Of a stretch of DNA of 8,264 nt, positions 6,568 through 8,264 are shown in pieces. Below the pieces are notes generated by a model, which made no database searches, was not told the DNA's origin, and was given only the letters and a program-made list of their open reading frames with translations. The DNA is from Amoeboradix gromovi X-113. Lineage: Eukaryota; Fungi; Sanchytriomycota. Location of the stretch: the NCBI GenBank assembly GCA_018985225.1, contig JADGIF010000451.1, positions 1 through 8,264 on the forward strand, given 5' to 3'. The position numbers and the translations under genes are program-made. Within the stretch, counting starts at the first letter, position 1, and each line of letters opens with the position of its first letter.

Positions 6568-6951
6568 CTAGCCCCCTATTTCTGCTTTTTTAACAAATCT
6601 TGGGAACACATCGGTATTAAGCATATCTACTACATGAGAATAAGCTTTTTCGTAAACCCTAAGAATTAATTCAGGTCTCGCTTCTCGATTAATCAGTGTT
6701 TCTGCTTCTTTTACAATATGAGCTGGTAAATTAATTTGTTTTTTAGCTTTTGGAGAGACATATCTCAGGTAAATGGCCTTCGCCGATTCGTAAGTTAGAT
6801 TTGTTTGAAGTTCATTAATCTGATCCATAAAATAGAGATTTTCATCTACGTAATTAGATTTGCAAAATAGCACAAATGAGATCTTGTCGTATGGTGGCAT
6901 TGTTTTGTCGTATAAACAAGCTTCCAGGGTTATCTTTCTAGAAACAGACAT
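6568..6951 (-). CDS. Single-domain regulator of G-protein signalling (RGS) protein
   Basis: FxxFCKSNYVDENLYF, AKAIYxRYVSxxAxxQINL and YExAYxxVxxMLxxDVFPRFVK match the RGS box, including the EN and IN residues. Confidence 0.9.
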   Translation of the reverse strand: MSVSRKITLEACLYDKTMPPYDKISFVLFCKSNYVDENLYFMDQINELQTNLTYESAKAIYLRYVSPKAKKQINLPAHIVKEAETLINREARPELILRVYEKAYSHVVDMLNTDVFPRFVKKAEIGG

Positions 6952-6976
6952 CTGGGAAATCTTGTTTCAAATATGT

Positions 6977-7025
6977 GTGACACACATAAAAACTAGACTA
7001 AGTCGAAAACTTCAATAATTTCAAG
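6977..7025 (+). mobile_element. Degenerate left end of the same TIR element family (copy 3)
   Basis: ATAAAAACTAGACTAA (6986..7001) is identical to the TIR core. The following GAAAACTT-CAATAATTTCAAG resembles the left-end subterminal GAAATACTT...CATTATTTCAAG (minus strand of 2666..2690). Confidence 0.6.
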
Positions 7026-8060
7026 CTTTTTATACTTCGATTCTTTAATAGTCGTGACATCAAACACAAAAGTTGATCAAGAACTTGCATCTTAAAAGTC
7101 TCCTAGGATTAAAAATGACAAATTTAATTAATACCATTTACTAAAGTCTTAGGGTGTTACTGAGCTATTAAATCAGCTCTTAATTGGTAAAAATGATGTA
7201 TGTATTTCTTTAACTAAATTTTTGCATCAATTGGCAACAGATATCGATTATAATTCAATAAGCCATTTATAATAATACATGAGCAATGTAGCCCCAAAAT
7301 ACTCTCTTCTAGACATTCTAACCGCATAATGATTCGATATTATTATTTTTCGTCAATTGCAAATGGCCCTAGATCACCACAGCTAGATTATAAAATTTAG
7401 AGATGGCGCGAACAGATAAAACAAAACGCTTCTTATCAAGAACTATACGAGACCTCTCACGCGAAGAAAGAGTTTCCTATTCAATTTACAGCATGTCTAA
7501 AAATCGTGTGAAATTCCACAGCTTCCTAAAAAGAGATCCCCTAATATATGGGAGTCATGAACGGCAACTAAATGCCTTCTAAAAGGACTTCTCAAGCACG
7601 TAACTTAATAATATGGAGTTGGTCATTTAAAAGTGGATAGAGAGCGTATGCTAGAAGGAAGATACATTTGAATTATGTGTATCCATATTCAATCCTGGGT
7701 ACGAGCAGTGGAAATGTGAGCAGCCTCTGTAACTGAGTGACCGCCTCTGTCAGTTTCTCTATGGAAATTCTTGAGTTTCTAGTAAATCAGGGCTTTCAAC
7801 GAGGAGTTTAATAAATATATTCATTGGCATTTCTTTACCTTTGCATTGAAAAAAATCAGTCACTATGATCACTCAATTGCAAAGATCAGGTTAAGACAAC
7901 GGGCCAAATCTTCAATTCATGTAATGTCTGTGTAAAACTGGTAAAATTCTAGTTGAAGAAAAGAAATCATGTCAGGAATATTTTGCCTAATCTCTAGATG
8001 ATTAAACATGGAAAACTTCTGTAAGAATGAATTGTTCGATTTTAACATGGGTGTCTCATC

Positions 8061-8143
8061 TGGGACACTCTGTAGAAAGTAGACTGGGGGTAAAAAGCGA
8101 GTGACGAGATTTACCCAGTTGAACTTTTCACAGCAGTGTCCCA
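8061..8143. repeat. 83-nt imperfect inverted repeat / hairpin with TGGGACAC...GTGTCCCA ends
   Basis: TGGGACACT/AGTGTCCCA, CTGT/ACAG, AAAGT/ACTTT, ACTGGG/CCCAGT and TAAA/TTTA pair in nested order around a loop of about 15 nt. Confidence 0.65.
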
Positions 8144-8264
8144 TATTTCTTCACCTAGGCAATAGGCGAAACTACTTTGTCAGTGATCCTTTGTTGCCAA
8201 CCTGGTCTCTCACCATTCGCTAGCAAACTATCTACCACTTGAAGATTATTACAACATGCATTCA

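Noticed and set aside
875-6951. Genome-wide TGA reassignment
   Set aside because: No in-frame TGA inside the conserved body of any of the five genes, and five TAA/TAG stops are too few to infer a code change.
7403-7722. 59-aa basic ORF (7403..7582) and a 'SIFNPG' peptide near 7681 as possible Fanzor RuvC-I remnants downstream of copy 3
   Set aside because: NPG rather than DPG, frames are interrupted, and no RuvC-II or III motif or right TIR was found.
7917-8264. 75-aa minus ORF and an ankyrin-like peptide (ACCNNLQVVDSLLANG) at the window end
   Set aside because: A single weak partial repeat cut by the window edge; the 75-aa ORF overlaps the hairpin and has no motif.
1-8264. CRISPR array, tRNA or rRNA genes
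   Set aside because: No regularly spaced direct repeats, cloverleaf or rRNA signature seen.

Overview
AT-rich eukaryotic window with five compact, intron-less genes: COX15 (+), complex I subunit NDUFA9 (+), V-ATPase subunit d/VMA6 (-), a shortened PACRG-family protein (+) and a stand-alone RGS domain (-). The set suggests (inference) a zoosporic or early-diverging fungus with a compact genome. The most interesting signal is intergenic: a family of elements bounded by terminal inverted repeats (TIRs). A complete 448-bp copy (2277..2724, 30-bp TIRs, AT or TA target duplication) and the right end of a second copy (1..230) both carry the 3' end of an ORF with a CxxC...RD motif resembling the TnpB/Fanzor zinc-finger/RuvC-III terminus (both cysteines in copy 1, only the second in copy 2). 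This is followed by a nearly invariant, structured 78-nt terminal segment. The 448-bp copy looks like an internally deleted 'ghost' that keeps a promoter, an NLS-like start and a candidate omegaRNA. A degenerate left end (6977..7025) and two small hairpins with the same terminal bases (5462..5535, 8061..8143) are also present. The Fanzor assignment rests on a short motif match and needs the sequence upstream of the window to confirm.
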